A stretch of 64,000 nt of DNA from Chamaesiphon sp. Lineage in GTDB: Bacteria; Cyanobacteriota; Cyanobacteriia; Cyanobacteriales; Chamaesiphonaceae. Numbering within the stretch: the stretch's first letter is position 1; the number at the start of each line of letters is the position of its first letter. The notes under the pieces are model-generated. The model was not told the DNA's origin and searched no databases. It saw nothing but the letters and a program-made list of their open reading frames with translations. The translations under genes and the position numbers were made by a program. This document shows positions 23,579 to 33,701 of the stretch, piece after piece. The DNA lies in contig CBDFFH010000035.1 in the NCBI GenBank assembly GCA_965246715.1, positions 13,893 to 77,892 of the forward strand, in the 5' to 3' direction.

Positions 23579-24073
23579 ATGCGACCAATACCAATTCCAC
23601 CCCAACCCGGACAAGAATCCGTCTGGGACTATCCCCGTCCCGCGCGATTAGAAGATACCGACAAACACCTGCGGATCGTGTTTAATGGTGTCACGATCGC
23701 CGAAACCAGCAGCGCAAAACGAGTTTTAGAGACCAGCCATCCGCCAGTCTATTACATTAGCGCGGAAGATATTCAGCTCGAATATCTCGTTCAGACGGCT
23801 CAACAGACTTGGTGCGAGTGGAAAGGTCAAAGTACATACTATGACGTATCTGTAGGCAATAAACGCGCCGCTAATGCGGCTTGGCGGTATATCGATCCCA
23901 CGCCTAATTTTCTGTCGATTCGCGAATATTACAGCTTTTACGCTAGTTTGATGGATGCTTGTTATGTCAATGATGAGCTGGTAATTCCTCAAGTCGGTGA
24001 CTTTTATGGTGGCTGGATTACTAGCGATGTCGTGGGGCCATTTAAAGGCGGTGTCGGTACGATTGGCTGGTAG
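23579..24073 (+). CDS. DUF427 protein
   Basis: ESVWDYPRP, LETSHPPVYY, CEWKG, FYGGWIT. Confidence 0.9.
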   Translation: MRPIPIPPQPGQESVWDYPRPARLEDTDKHLRIVFNGVTIAETSSAKRVLETSHPPVYYISAEDIQLEYLVQTAQQTWCEWKGQSTYYDVSVGNKRAANAAWRYIDPTPNFLSIREYYSFYASLMDACYVNDELVIPQVGDFYGGWITSDVVGPFKGGVGTIGW

Positions 24074-24106
24074 GAGACAGCCGCGATAATTTTCGTTCCA
24101 CAGCTA

Positions 24107-24137
24107 AAGCCCCAACTTCTTGAAGAAGTTGGGGCTT
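24107..24137. terminator. 14-bp perfect hairpin after the DUF427 gene
   Basis: aagccccaacttct-tga-agaagttggggctt. Confidence 0.65.
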
Positions 24138-24208
24138 CGTCCTGAATGGCTCAAATATTGCGTCGATCGCATCCTTGTATTAATTAAACACAGAATACAT
24201 GAACTATC

Positions 24209-24356
24209 AGTGCAGATCTATTACACCAGCGATAGCGTCAAAAAATAGTCAATATCCCTATATACAATTTACCAACGATTTCACGCCAAATAGCCGATTA
24301 GTGCGGATCTATTACACCATCAATAGCGGTCAAAAATAGTCAATATCCCTACATAC
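24209..24356 (+). repeat. Two 57-bp direct repeats (period 91 bp) upstream of the rep gene
   Basis: agtgc(a/g)gatctattacacca...aaaaatagtcaatatcccta(t/c)atac at 24209-24265 and 24300-24356. Confidence 0.9.
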
Positions 24357-24445
24357 GAGCGAATAAATTTTTTCTTATTAATTTCTGTTTTTTTGAGGAG
24401 TTTCGGCTAGAATATGAATCCGCCTCCTCGACACTTCGCTCCTGC

Positions 24446-27400
24446 ATGAGAACATCCGAATTACACTCAAACCACTACACGGAATTAGTTACAGCTAGTG
24501 GAATCGATCGTGACTTGGTAACTCTTAACTTCACATCTTTAGACGGTAATTCTGCTTACGATCGGTTGTTTATTTCACCACAACTTCCCCGAAATAATAG
24601 TGGACAAGTTATCCCTAGTTGGATGCGGAGATATAGCCACTGCGCTAAGGGTGGCTGGTGGTGTAATGGCCTAGATCCACTGAATGATTGGCAGCCGATG
24701 GAATGGGGAACCTTTAAGCCTAATTCCCCTGCCAAAAATCAAGATGGAAAAATTATCAAATATGAGCATCCACCGAGTGTCTCTACCCGGTTATTTTGTT
24801 TGCGAGTAACAAAAGAAATCTGGACGCAAACTGCGAGTATATTTAAGGCTAAACTACCAAAGAAAATTGAGGTTGACAGACAAGGTGAAGCACTTGGATT
24901 TTGGCAATGGATTCTCGAAAAACAAATCCCGATCGTCTTGTGCGAAGGAGTGAAAAAAGCCGCTACTCTGCTGACTTCTGGCTATCCAGCGATCGCCTTA
25001 GCAGGGATAAATAGTGGGTATCGAGCGAACCGAGATTTACAAGGCAATACTATTGGGAGAAATCTCATTCCCGATCTATTAGTATTTGCCAATCGTCGTC
25101 AAGATTTGTCGATCTGTTTCGACTATGAAATCGTACCCCGTAAAGCTAAATTACTCGATACAGCAATTGTTCATTTAGGCGAGCTACTACAGCAATCTGG
25201 CTGCAATGTTAAAGTCATTAGATTGCCAGGGCCAGAAAAGGGCATCGATGACTTTATTTTGGCTCAGGGAATTGTTGCTTTAAAGGAGCTTTTTGAACGA
25301 TCGTTAGATCTGGAAGCAGACCTCGCACAATCCAAGCGACATAGCGAATTAACTTACCCGGCTAATCTAGTGATGGAGTATCGCTATCTCCAGAAACTCG
25401 ATTTGCCAACTACGGGCATAGTCGGGATTAAGTCTGCTAAAGGTACCGGAAAAACTACCGCGTTGATTCCTGTTGTTGCGCTAGCTCAGGAACATAATCG
25501 TCCGGTTTTATTGTTGACTCATCGGATTCAATTAGGACGATTTTTATGCGAGAAAATCGGCGTAAATTGGATTAACCAACAACTCCCAAAGCAACCATCT
25601 GACAGCCTGGGATTGTGCCTAGACTCGATGTGGAAGCTCAATCCTAACGACTGGGACGGGGGGATAATTATCTTAGATGAAGTCGAACAATCATTGTGGC
25701 ATTTACTGCATAGTTCTACCTGCAAAAAGAAGCGGCTGGCGATTTTAAAAACTTTTCAACACCTGATTGCGAGGGTAATCGAGACAGGTGGATTGGTAAT
25801 CGCACAGGATGCCGACTTGTCAGATATTTCGATCGATTATCTCAAACGACTAGCAAGTAATGAGATCGAACCCTGGATTGCGATCAATCAATGGCAAGCC
25901 GAACGGGGTTGGGACGTGTATTTTTACGATAGTCCCAATCCAACTGCGTTGATCTATCAATTGGAACAAGATCTCCGGGCTGGCCATAAATGTTATGTTA
26001 CTACCGATAGTCGATCGGGTCGGTATGGCTCGGATACGATCGATCGGTATATCAAACAAACTCTCAAGCAATTAGAAGATAGTTATACCAAAACACTGGT
26101 AGTTTGCAGTCACACCACCAACACTACCGGACATCCTGCGGTAGATTTTGTCTCGTCCATTAATACCCAAGCACCAGAATACGATGCGGTCTTCGTTACG
26201 CCGACATTAGGCACGGGGGTGAGTATCGATGTCAAACATTTCGATCGGGTGTATGGCATCTTTCAGGGTGTCATTCCCGACCCAGAAGTGCGTCAGGCAT
26301 TAGCCAGGGTGCGCGCGAATGTCCCCCGTCATTTGTGGTGTGCCAAACGGGGGATGGGTACGATTGGTAGTGGTAGCAATAACTATCGATCGCTTGCTTA
26401 TTGGTATCAAGAAAACTACAAAGAAAATTATGCACTGATGTGTCCGCTCACGCGGATCGATGTCGATTTACCCTTTGTATTCGATCCGATTCATCTCCGT
26501 ACTTGGGCGCGATTTGCAGCACGGATTAATGCTTCGATTACGCTATATCGAGATGCTGTCAAAGCGGGATTGATCGGTGAAGGACATCAAATTCACCCGA
26601 TTAATGAAGAGCAAGATCGCCAGAGTTTACAAGAACTCCGCACCGCATTGATGCATGCCACCAAAAATGAGCCAGCTAAATCGATCGAAATCATGCGCCA
26701 AATTGCTGACGTGCATAAAGGTAAATCCAAACGCGATCGGGAGTATAGTTTGATCGGCACCCAAACCAAAAAAATTCAACAACAGGTCAAATCCCAAGCT
26801 GCACAGGCAATTGCCGCTGCACCAGAGATCGGACATCGCGATTATCAATACCTGACAAATAAACGGTTTTTGACAGATTTGGAACGCGCGCAAGTCGAGA
26901 AATACACTCTCCACCAACGGTATGGAGTGGTTGTTACTCCCGAGCTAAAATTGAAGGATGATAAAGGATATTATGGCCAACTCTTGACTCACTTTTATCT
27001 GCTCAATCATCAACAATATTTACCCCAATCGATTTATTTAGTCTGGGATCGCGATGGTGAAACTAGACCCGATCGCGTATTTCTCCCCGATGCCAATCAT
27101 CATATTCTCAAGATTCAAGGATTATTAGCATTAGGGCTGATAAATTTCTTAGATCCCGAGCGAACATTACAAAGTAACGACCCAGATTTGGTTTCTCTCA
27201 ATCGAATTAGTTGCCTGTGTAGCCAACATATCAAACGGGCGATCGGAATCGATATCCCACAGAATAATAATGCTGAAACTAGCCCGATCCTGATTCTCAA
27301 TCGGTTATTGCAGCTCCTAGGATTGAAGGTAAATCCAATTTCAACTAGTCTCAAAGAGCGTGCTAAAACTCCTAAGACTTATCAACTCGATCGAGCGTTA

Positions 27401-27475
27401 TTAACCGACGGTCGCGACGAAATCTTCAAAGTCTGGGAACATCAGCAAAGTCGCGAACTGATGCGTTCTGCCTAA
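24446..27475 (+). CDS. CyRepA1-family replication protein (DUF3854 primase/TOPRIM-like plus helicase-like domain)
   Basis: KYEHPP, CEGVKKAA, ICFD, KGIDD, Walker A SAKGTGKT, Walker B IILDEVEQ, QALARVR. Confidence 0.85.
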   Translation: MRTSELHSNHYTELVTASGIDRDLVTLNFTSLDGNSAYDRLFISPQLPRNNSGQVIPSWMRRYSHCAKGGWWCNGLDPLNDWQPMEWGTFKPNSPAKNQDGKIIKYEHPPSVSTRLFCLRVTKEIWTQTASIFKAKLPKKIEVDRQGEALGFWQWILEKQIPIVLCEGVKKAATLLTSGYPAIALAGINSGYRANRDLQGNTIGRNLIPDLLVFANRRQDLSICFDYEIVPRKAKLLDTAIVHLGELLQQSGCNVKVIRLPGPEKGIDDFILAQGIVALKELFERSLDLEADLAQSKRHSELTYPANLVMEYRYLQKLDLPTTGIVGIKSAKGTGKTTALIPVVALAQEHNRPVLLLTHRIQLGRFLCEKIGVNWINQQLPKQPSDSLGLCLDSMWKLNPNDWDGGIIILDEVEQSLWHLLHSSTCKKKRLAILKTFQHLIARVIETGGLVIAQDADLSDISIDYLKRLASNEIEPWIAINQWQAERGWDVYFYDSPNPTALIYQLEQDLRAGHKCYVTTDSRSGRYGSDTIDRYIKQTLKQLEDSYTKTLVVCSHTTNTTGHPAVDFVSSINTQAPEYDAVFVTPTLGTGVSIDVKHFDRVYGIFQGVIPDPEVRQALARVRANVPRHLWCAKRGMGTIGSGSNNYRSLAYWYQENYKENYALMCPLTRIDVDLPFVFDPIHLRTWARFAARINASITLYRDAVKAGLIGEGHQIHPINEEQDRQSLQELRTALMHATKNEPAKSIEIMRQIADVHKGKSKRDREYSLIGTQTKKIQQQVKSQAAQAIAAAPEIGHRDYQYLTNKRFLTDLERAQVEKYTLHQRYGVVVTPELKLKDDKGYYGQLLTHFYLLNHQQYLPQSIYLVWDRDGETRPDRVFLPDANHHILKIQGLLALGLINFLDPERTLQSNDPDLVSLNRISCLCSQHIKRAIGIDIPQNNNAETSPILILNRLLQLLGLKVNPISTSLKERAKTPKTYQLDRALLTDGRDEIFKVWEHQQSRELMRSA

Positions 27476-27573
27476 AATTGTTAGTAAAGAAAGACTTCCT
27501 GTCAAATCTTGCATATTGAGTTTCAAACATTAACACTGTCTAAACCAGTAATTCCGTTTCGGATGAGGATATC

Positions 27574-27804
27574 ATGCAAGAGTCTATTATTTATCAGGAT
27601 ATTTTACAGAAAGGGGAACAGAAGGAGGCTGTAAGATTTTTAAATCGACAACTAAACCGAAATTTTGGTGCGATCGATTTGTAGATAATAAACCGAATCC
27701 AAATTTTATCTACCGAGAAGTTAGAGATTTTGGGTGAGGATTTTTTAGGCTTCTCTGATGTTTCTGATTTACTGGCTTGGCTCGATCGATCTACAGGAAG
27801 TTAA
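27574..27804 (+). pseudogene. Stand-alone DUF4351 (Rpn C-terminal) ORF with internal stop
   Basis: MQESIIYQDILQKG...FGAIDL*...EKLEILGEDFLGFSDVSDLLAWL; TAG at 27682. Confidence 0.8.
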
Positions 27805-27930
27805 TGTTTTCTTCGATGAGAAGGGATTCAGCTCAAGAGATCGATCGAGTGTCACATAGCGATCGAACAAATAGTGATCGAGTCAGTAAATAACGATCGA
27901 ATCAATAGCGATCGCAGGTGTCAAATCGAT

Positions 27931-27993
27931 CGAGAGAACATACCAAAGTTGTTGCTCCGCATAAGCTTGTCTGTGGGCATCTGCCCACCCTAC
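27931..27993 (-). repeat. Cassette boundary motif M1 (ends in a REP-like GTAG hairpin)
   Basis: cgagagaacataccaaagttgttgctccg...gtgggcatctgcccaccctac; four copies in the window. Confidence 0.9.
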
Positions 27994-28165
27994 GGCTGTG
28001 GCTGTGGCGGAGATGCGGTTGTTTACGACGATTTTGCCGACGTTCGTGGGACTGATGGCGGCGGGTGCGGCGGCGATGGCTAGGGCGATTAGGGCTGGGG
28101 TGTCGTAGTATTCGGTTTTGGTTCGATCGTTGTAGATGTCGGTGGTTTTGGTGCGGCGGTTAACA
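27994..28165 (-). pseudogene. Rhs/YD-repeat core fragment
   Basis: Minus strand reads VNRRTKTTDIYNDRTKTEYYDTP...; codon style matches the other Rhs fragments. Confidence 0.55.
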
Positions 28166-28216
28166 TTTTATGAGTCAAAGGTTTTAGACTAGGAATAGAT
28201 ATTCATAGGTAAAAAG

Positions 28217-28471
28217 ATGAGTCCACAATTACAACAAGTATTGAGTGACATAGATCGCTTGTCACCAACAGATCGAATTCAGGTAATGACTCATGTAATT
28301 GAGAGCATCAAGGAATATGTACCGACAGAACCAATCAAACCGCAGCGGAAGTGGCACGATTTGAGAGGAATGGTGATGGCTCCGTTGATGGGTGAAGATG
28401 CTCAGGAATGGGTATCTCGCACGCGGCAAGAAGGAGACGAACATCGCGAAAGTTTATTAAGAGCGGAATGA
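28217..28471 (+). CDS. Putative antitoxin
   Basis: 84 aa, ..W.DLRG...GEDAQEWVSRTR; ATGA overlap with the PIN gene. Confidence 0.78.
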   Translation: MSPQLQQVLSDIDRLSPTDRIQVMTHVIESIKEYVPTEPIKPQRKWHDLRGMVMAPLMGEDAQEWVSRTRQEGDEHRESLLRAE

Positions 28472-28911
28472 TGAAAATCGAAGAAGCATTAAGGGGTGTC
28501 AACCGATTATTTTTGGATACGGCACCAGTAGTTTATTTTGTGGAACAAAATGCTGAGTTTATCGATCGGGTGGAGCCAATTTTTTCTAGGTTAGATTTAG
28601 ATATAATTGGGATCGTTTCACCAGTAACTTTGGCTGAATGTTTGGTTTTCCCGATTAAACGTGGATTCACAGATTTAGAGCAAGCTTTTGAAGAAATTAT
28701 CGATACCGATCGAGTAGAATTTATTGTTACAGATCGAGAGATTGCTAAACTGACAGCGATAATCAGAGCTAAATACAATTTTCAACTTCCTGATTCTATC
28801 CAAATTGCTACGGCGATCGAATCTAATTGCGATGCTTTTTTGACTAACGATACTACCTTGAGAAAGGTGACGGATATTAGGGCTATAGTTGTGGGTGAGT
28901 TAGAAGTTTAA
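28468..28911 (+). CDS. PIN-domain (VapC-like) toxin
   Basis: LFLDTAPVVYF, VTLAE, LPDSIQIATAI, FLTND. Confidence 0.9.
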   Translation: MMKIEEALRGVNRLFLDTAPVVYFVEQNAEFIDRVEPIFSRLDLDIIGIVSPVTLAECLVFPIKRGFTDLEQAFEEIIDTDRVEFIVTDREIAKLTAIIRAKYNFQLPDSIQIATAIESNCDAFLTNDTTLRKVTDIRAIVVGELEV

Positions 28912-29109
28912 TGGAGTACTGGTTGAGAAATTCATCATCAAGCGATCGATCTAAATTACATAAATCGCCAACATGAGGGCGATCGATTATAAACATCACC
29001 CGATCGATATTAATAACTATCATTCGCATCATCATAACATTAGTGACCGCTCTTAAATTATTGCGATCGAGTCTGACAATTATCACTCTATCTAAATTTA
29101 TCACTATCG

Positions 29110-29228
29110 AATATAAATTACGATCGAGAGTAAATAGTCTAACGATCGAACGACTCGAATCTTTAGGTGAGGACTTACTAGATTTTACTTCAATCGAGGA
29201 TTTAGAGACATGGTTGAATCAAAAGTGA
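29110..29228 (+). pseudogene. DUF4351 C-terminal fragment
   Basis: LTIERLESLGEDLLDFTSIEDLETWL. Confidence 0.8.
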
Positions 29229-29480
29229 CGATCGATCCGAGCAAGAGATCTCATTTATCTTCAACAGTAATAGCGATAGCGAAGCGCTGACGAAAGCAGG
29301 TCGAATTATCACCTTCGATCGCGTAGCGTAGGCCAAGTCTAATCGCTCCAAATAAACACGATCGAAATAACCATCGATCGAATCTTATCAGCCAAGATCG
29401 ATCGAATCATAAGAATATTAGCGATCGAGTATAAAAGAACATCGATTCAGCAAATAAAGATCGAGTTAATTCATCAAGTT

Positions 29481-29546
29481 CGAGAGAACATGCCAAAGTT
29501 GTTGCTCCGAACAAGAAGCTTGCCTGTGGGCATCTGCCCACCCTAC
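29481..29546 (-). repeat. Cassette boundary motif M2
   Basis: Near-identical to M1/M4; 29150-29546 duplicates 37372-37975. Confidence 0.9.
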
Positions 29547-29693
29547 TAGCTGGCTTGGCTCGCTCTGGTGTTGTTGGGTTTCGAGACTCAACCCAACCTA
29601 CAGGGAGAAATCCCACTAAATGCCCACAGTTTTAGTCTGGTCAAGCCACTACTGGAACTTTGCCCAACCTATGAAAGAATATCTACTATCTTT

Positions 29694-30524
29694 ATGGAAA
29701 TTGCAATTTTGAATAAGTCTGAAGGTAAATGGGCGTTTACAGGTTTAGCAGACATACTATGTAAATCACTGTGGGTAGATGTAAGTGAAGAGGCCAAACA
29801 GCTAAACTATGTTCTTTGTATTGGTTCGGATGACATAAATACTTGTACGAACAGCTTTATTCCTCTCGATTCAATAAAGATAGCTTCTGACAAAAGGAAG
29901 ATAGAGAAAAGATTTTTATCACACAATGTTAAAAGACCAAGAACGTTTATCTTAGAATCATTAATTGATGTTAAATTGTTGTTGGACAAACATTCTGAAT
30001 ACTGCTGGATATTAAAATATCCGATTGGTTGTGGAGGAATGCACCATCGCATTATTAAAGATGTAGATCAAATTCCAGAAGCATGGGAAAGACCATTTTT
30101 AATTCAGGAGTTTATTGAATGTAGTTTGCCAGAAGTTTATAGAGTTTATTGTATAGACGAAGATTTATTTGGTTTTAACGTGAGGCGATTTGATTCTGCC
30201 AACAATACAAGTCCTTGGGTATCTCACGCCAATGGGGCTAGATATGTTTATGGAGAGAATGCTAGTAAAGATATGATTGAGGTTGCTAAAAAATCTCTAA
30301 TTGCAACAGGCTTGTATAGTAGTTTTGGGGTTGTCGATTTAATAAAGGATATAAATGATAATTGGTACTCTCTTGAAGTAGGTACAGATGGAATATACAA
30401 TTATGTTGATCGAGATCTTGATAACAAGGATTTATTTGACGAAATAAATGAAAGGCTAGCTATTGCTTTTTGGAAAAGAGTTGGTTCACCTCCTTGGGGA
30501 AGATGTTGGCAATATAGGGATTGA
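29694..30524 (+). CDS. ATP-grasp (RimK-like) ligase, AT-rich
   Basis: ASDKRK, WILKYPIGCGG, LIQEFI, VVDLI..WYSLEV; start MEIAIL. Confidence 0.78.
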   Translation: MEIAILNKSEGKWAFTGLADILCKSLWVDVSEEAKQLNYVLCIGSDDINTCTNSFIPLDSIKIASDKRKIEKRFLSHNVKRPRTFILESLIDVKLLLDKHSEYCWILKYPIGCGGMHHRIIKDVDQIPEAWERPFLIQEFIECSLPEVYRVYCIDEDLFGFNVRRFDSANNTSPWVSHANGARYVYGENASKDMIEVAKKSLIATGLYSSFGVVDLIKDINDNWYSLEVGTDGIYNYVDRDLDNKDLFDEINERLAIAFWKRVGSPPWGRCWQYRD

Positions 30525-30555
30525 TAATGTAATCATTCACTTGTAAGAAGATATT

Positions 30556-30867
30556 TTAGTTTGTTGTTGAACTTATTTTTCGTCTTTTAACATATTTTGC
30601 AATACAGTCTTCCATTGTTTTTCCATCGTCTAGATAAAACACTCTGCCATCCTTTTTTTCTACAACGATAGTAGGTATTCCTATTATTATATAAGATCTT
30701 TCTCTGCTGTTAACCCATCGTTCATCTTGACAGATAAAAATCCATCCCCAATCTTTTTCAATTACCGTATCTTCTACAATTAATATTTCATCCTTATTGC
30801 TATAATTTATAAACTCTGCGTATATGTGCTTAATAGCAATTTCTCTTGCATCATGATAATCAACCAT
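30556..30867 (-). CDS. Immunity protein, Imm35/YrhB-like
   Basis: IEKDWGWIF...IGIPTIVVEKKDGRV; directly downstream of a papain-fold toxin. Confidence 0.75.
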   Translation of the reverse strand: MVDYHDAREIAIKHIYAEFINYSNKDEILIVEDTVIEKDWGWIFICQDERWVNSRERSYIIIGIPTIVVEKKDGRVFYLDDGKTMEDCIAKYVKRRKISSTTN

Positions 30868-30884
30868 AAATATTAGCCAATAGT

Positions 30885-31592
30885 TTAGTTTGTTCTTAAT
30901 AAACCTAAATTCTTGAAACTTGATGGATCGGCAAATCGACCATTTTGACCATCAATGAAAACAATGTTTCCATTTTTGTTGACGACATTAAAGACATGCC
31001 ACTCACCATTAGGTCTTTGCCCTAACATTATACCTCTTGCTCTGTCTGCTGATATTAGAGACTCAATATGTTTTGGTGTTTGAACATCAATAAAATCACG
31101 TCCATAAAATTCTTCCAAATTTAAAAAAGGTTCGCCACTCCTATTGGGCAATGCTGATCGTGGATACCCTCCATTTAAAATATCATCAACTGCAATCGCA
31201 CAGTTAACACAATTCATGTTTCTACGATGACGACCAATTATAGTTGGAGGCCCTGGATAATGAGGATTAACTCTTAAATCCTTAGGTATTCTCATCCCAG
31301 CTTCAGCTTGCCCCGTACCTGCGATACGGTTCCCACCCATAAGCCGCTCCCAAACAGCCTCAGTCTTCTGGGCGATGGTATTACGAGCATTACTCAGGAA
31401 TCGACCGCTAGCATCACTCACCTGACTCCAAACATTCTCACCAACAGAAGTAGCCTTATTTAACCAGTTCGATGCTTGCTGAGTGACATTACCCCAAATA
31501 TTCTCAGCAGCCGAACTAGCCTTAGTTAAATACGGAGCTGCTTTTTGACTAGCACTACTCCAAGCATTCTCAACCGCCCCAATCTTCCCAAA
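30885..31592 (-). pseudogene. Orphan Rhs C-terminal toxin, papain fold (Tox-PL, deamidase-like)
   Basis: NCVNCA...HVFNVVN..G..VFIDGQ C/H/D triad; frame stays open to ~31592 with a helical linker shared with other cassettes; 5' cut by an IS. Confidence 0.82.
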
Positions 31593-32237
31593 TCGATCTC
31601 CCCGCGACTGCCCACCGTCCAGCTCGAAAGACTAAATTGGCGATCCGATTTGCACAAGTTCAACTGAGAACGGCCTATCGGTTTGACAATCGTGACCCCA
31701 TCAATGTCTACGCTGTCTATGCCACCGAAATCGATTGCCCAGAGGGTGAAACCCCACTGGAATGGATGCTATTGACAACCGAAGTTGTGGATACTATTGA
31801 GATGGCGGCTACGAGCTTGCGTTGGTATACTTACCGTTGGCGGGTTGAAGAGTATCACAAAATTTTCAAGTCTGGCTGTCAGAGTGAACGCTACCGATTG
31901 GCTGCTGTTGGCATGAAGACCATGTTGGGATTTTTAAGTGTCATTGCTGTTGAATTGCTACATGTCACCTATCTTCATCGCACTCATCCCGATGCTCCAG
32001 CAATAGAAATTCTCAATCCCATTCAGCTCGAAGTTTTAAAGGCTCGGGCATCCCAACAGCTTCCATCCAATCTCACAGTTGCTTGGGCGGTGGCATCTGT
32101 TGCTGCTCTGGGTGGTTATCTCGAACATCGGCGTAAGACTCCTATCGGTATCCAAGTTCTCTGGCGTGGTTGGCTAAAACTACATGACCTTTGCCAAGGC
32201 TGGCAGCTTGCTAGAGGCACTTAACGTGAAAAGTCAG
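31593..32237 (+). mobile_element. IS4-family (IS50/Tn5-like) transposase, 3' remnant with right end
   Basis: WMLLTT, YTYRWRVEEYHKIFKSGC, LGGYL..R..PIG..VLWRG; end reads ctgacttttcacgttaagt on the minus strand, resembling the IS50 outer end. Confidence 0.88.
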
Positions 32238-32551
32238 GTCACCAAACTGCTCCTCACGATACCGATCGGTATAGCCAGTTTCGAGCAGGTTGCCAACTTT
32301 GTCGTAGTCGTATGTGAAGCTGACTGTGAGTGCGGCGGCACTACTGCGGTCTTCGCGAATCAGCAGGTCGGTGTCGTCGTAGGTATAGTTGTAGTGGCGG
32401 GTACCGTCCGCAGCACTGGTGAGGTTGCTGTTTTGGTCGTAGGTGTAGGTAAATTGTTTGTTACCACTTACCCAGGTTTCGGTGTTGACGCGGTTGAGGT
32501 TGTCGTAAATGTAAGCGGTGGTGCGGTTGTTGCGGTCTGTGGCTGATGCAC
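32238..32551 (-). pseudogene. Rhs fragments (YD repeats plus a 40-bp piece identical to part of 39514-39555)
   Basis: TDRNNRTTAYIYDNLNRV...FTYTYDQNSNL...YDYDKVGNL; GYTDRYREEQFGD. Confidence 0.85.
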
Positions 32552-32606
32552 TAAAAATATGCTAGTTTAAAGAAACACCCCTTTTTAGTTGTGTTTGATT
32601 TTCCTG

Positions 32607-33048
32607 ATGTCCATTCCACCATTCAATGAACTTGGGTACCTACCACCAGGGATTTATGAGACTTCTTGGCTTGAATTGATGGAACGCTTCGCTATCAATC
32701 CGCAGCGACAGCGTTTAGCAACGGGTCTAGCCGCAGCTTTACGGAAGTTGGCAATTGCTGGTTGCCGCAGAGTTTCAATCGGTGGCAGCTTTGTGACTAG
32801 CAAAGAATATCCCAACGATTTTGATGGTTGGTATGAAAGCTTTGGTTTGGATCTTGACATTCTCGTTGGCGTAGCCTACCGGAGGTAATCCGCTGTTTTT
32901 GGAAGATGTCGAGTCTCAAATGGAAGTATTTGGGGGCACACTATTCAGCCCACCTAGCTACGAAGGATTTTTTCAAACAGACCGAGAGGGACGACCGAAA
33001 GGTGTGATTGTCTTAGACCCCAAGGAAATGATTACTCAGCGAGGATGA
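32607..33048 (+). pseudogene. Minimal nucleotidyltransferase (DUF6932-like) disrupted by a 22-nt insertion
   Basis: G.LPPG, GGSFVTSKEYPNDFD; removing 32866-32887 restores LDPLFL...FFQTDREGRPKGVI, ending in an ATGA overlap with the next gene. Confidence 0.85.
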
Positions 33049-33485
33049 CAGCCATGATTCAAAATGAACGTCAGTATCGAATCACTCAAACCAAGTTACG
33101 AGAGTTCGAGCAACAATTGGCGGATCTCGACCCTCAAGATCCCAATTTACACCCCCGACAAGCGATCGGTTGGACAAATAGTTACAATCTGACAATTCGC
33201 CAATTGAAGCAAGAACTGGCTGAATACGAACAACTTAAAAGTGGTAATATTTTAACTTTTGTATTGGGTTCGCTTAACGATCTACCTACTACCTTAATTA
33301 AGGCAAGAATCTCGGCGGGGATGACCCAAAAGGAGTTGGCGGATAAAATTGGTGTTCGAGAGCAGCAGATTCAAAGGTATGAAGCTAGTTTATATAGTTC
33401 TGCTAGTTTCGATCGATTGCGATCGATCGCTAGTGCTTTGAATATTGAAATTACTCAAGCGGTCATGCAAGTTCAACAGGTGTAA
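33045..33485 (+). CDS. XRE-family HTH protein (HigA-like antitoxin/regulator)
   Basis: MIQNERQYRIT; LIKARISAGMTQKELADKIGVREQQIQRYE. Confidence 0.88.
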   Translation: MTAMIQNERQYRITQTKLREFEQQLADLDPQDPNLHPRQAIGWTNSYNLTIRQLKQELAEYEQLKSGNILTFVLGSLNDLPTTLIKARISAGMTQKELADKIGVREQQIQRYEASLYSSASFDRLRSIASALNIEITQAVMQVQQV

Positions 33486-33532
33486 TTTGCATTTTAGCGA
33501 TCGAGATCGCGATTGAATCTGGTAAAGTCGAT

Positions 33533-33594
33533 CGAGAAAACATGCCGAAGTTGTTGCTCTGAATGGGTTTGCTCGTGGGCAGTGCCCACCCTAC
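33533..33594 (-). repeat. Cassette boundary motif M3 (diverged)
   Basis: cgagaaaacatgccgaagttgttgctctg...gtgggcagtgcccaccctac. Confidence 0.85.
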
Positions 33595-33637
33595 TGGGAC
33601 GACACTTAATTACGCGATCGATCCAATAAATCGAGAT

Positions 33638-33701
33638 CGATCTAAAGCCACAAATTAAGATTTTACCTTTAGCTCAGTTAGACGAATTAGGTGAGACGTT
33701 G
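33638..33701 (+). pseudogene. DUF4351 fragment cut by IS66
   Basis: DLKPQIKILPLAQLDELGETL, similar to the C-terminus of 36476-37306. Confidence 0.7.

Noticed and set aside
27842..29480. CGATCG ladders as a CRISPR array
   Set aside because: The repeat is only 5-6 nt, spacers are 9-18 nt, and no cas genes are present.
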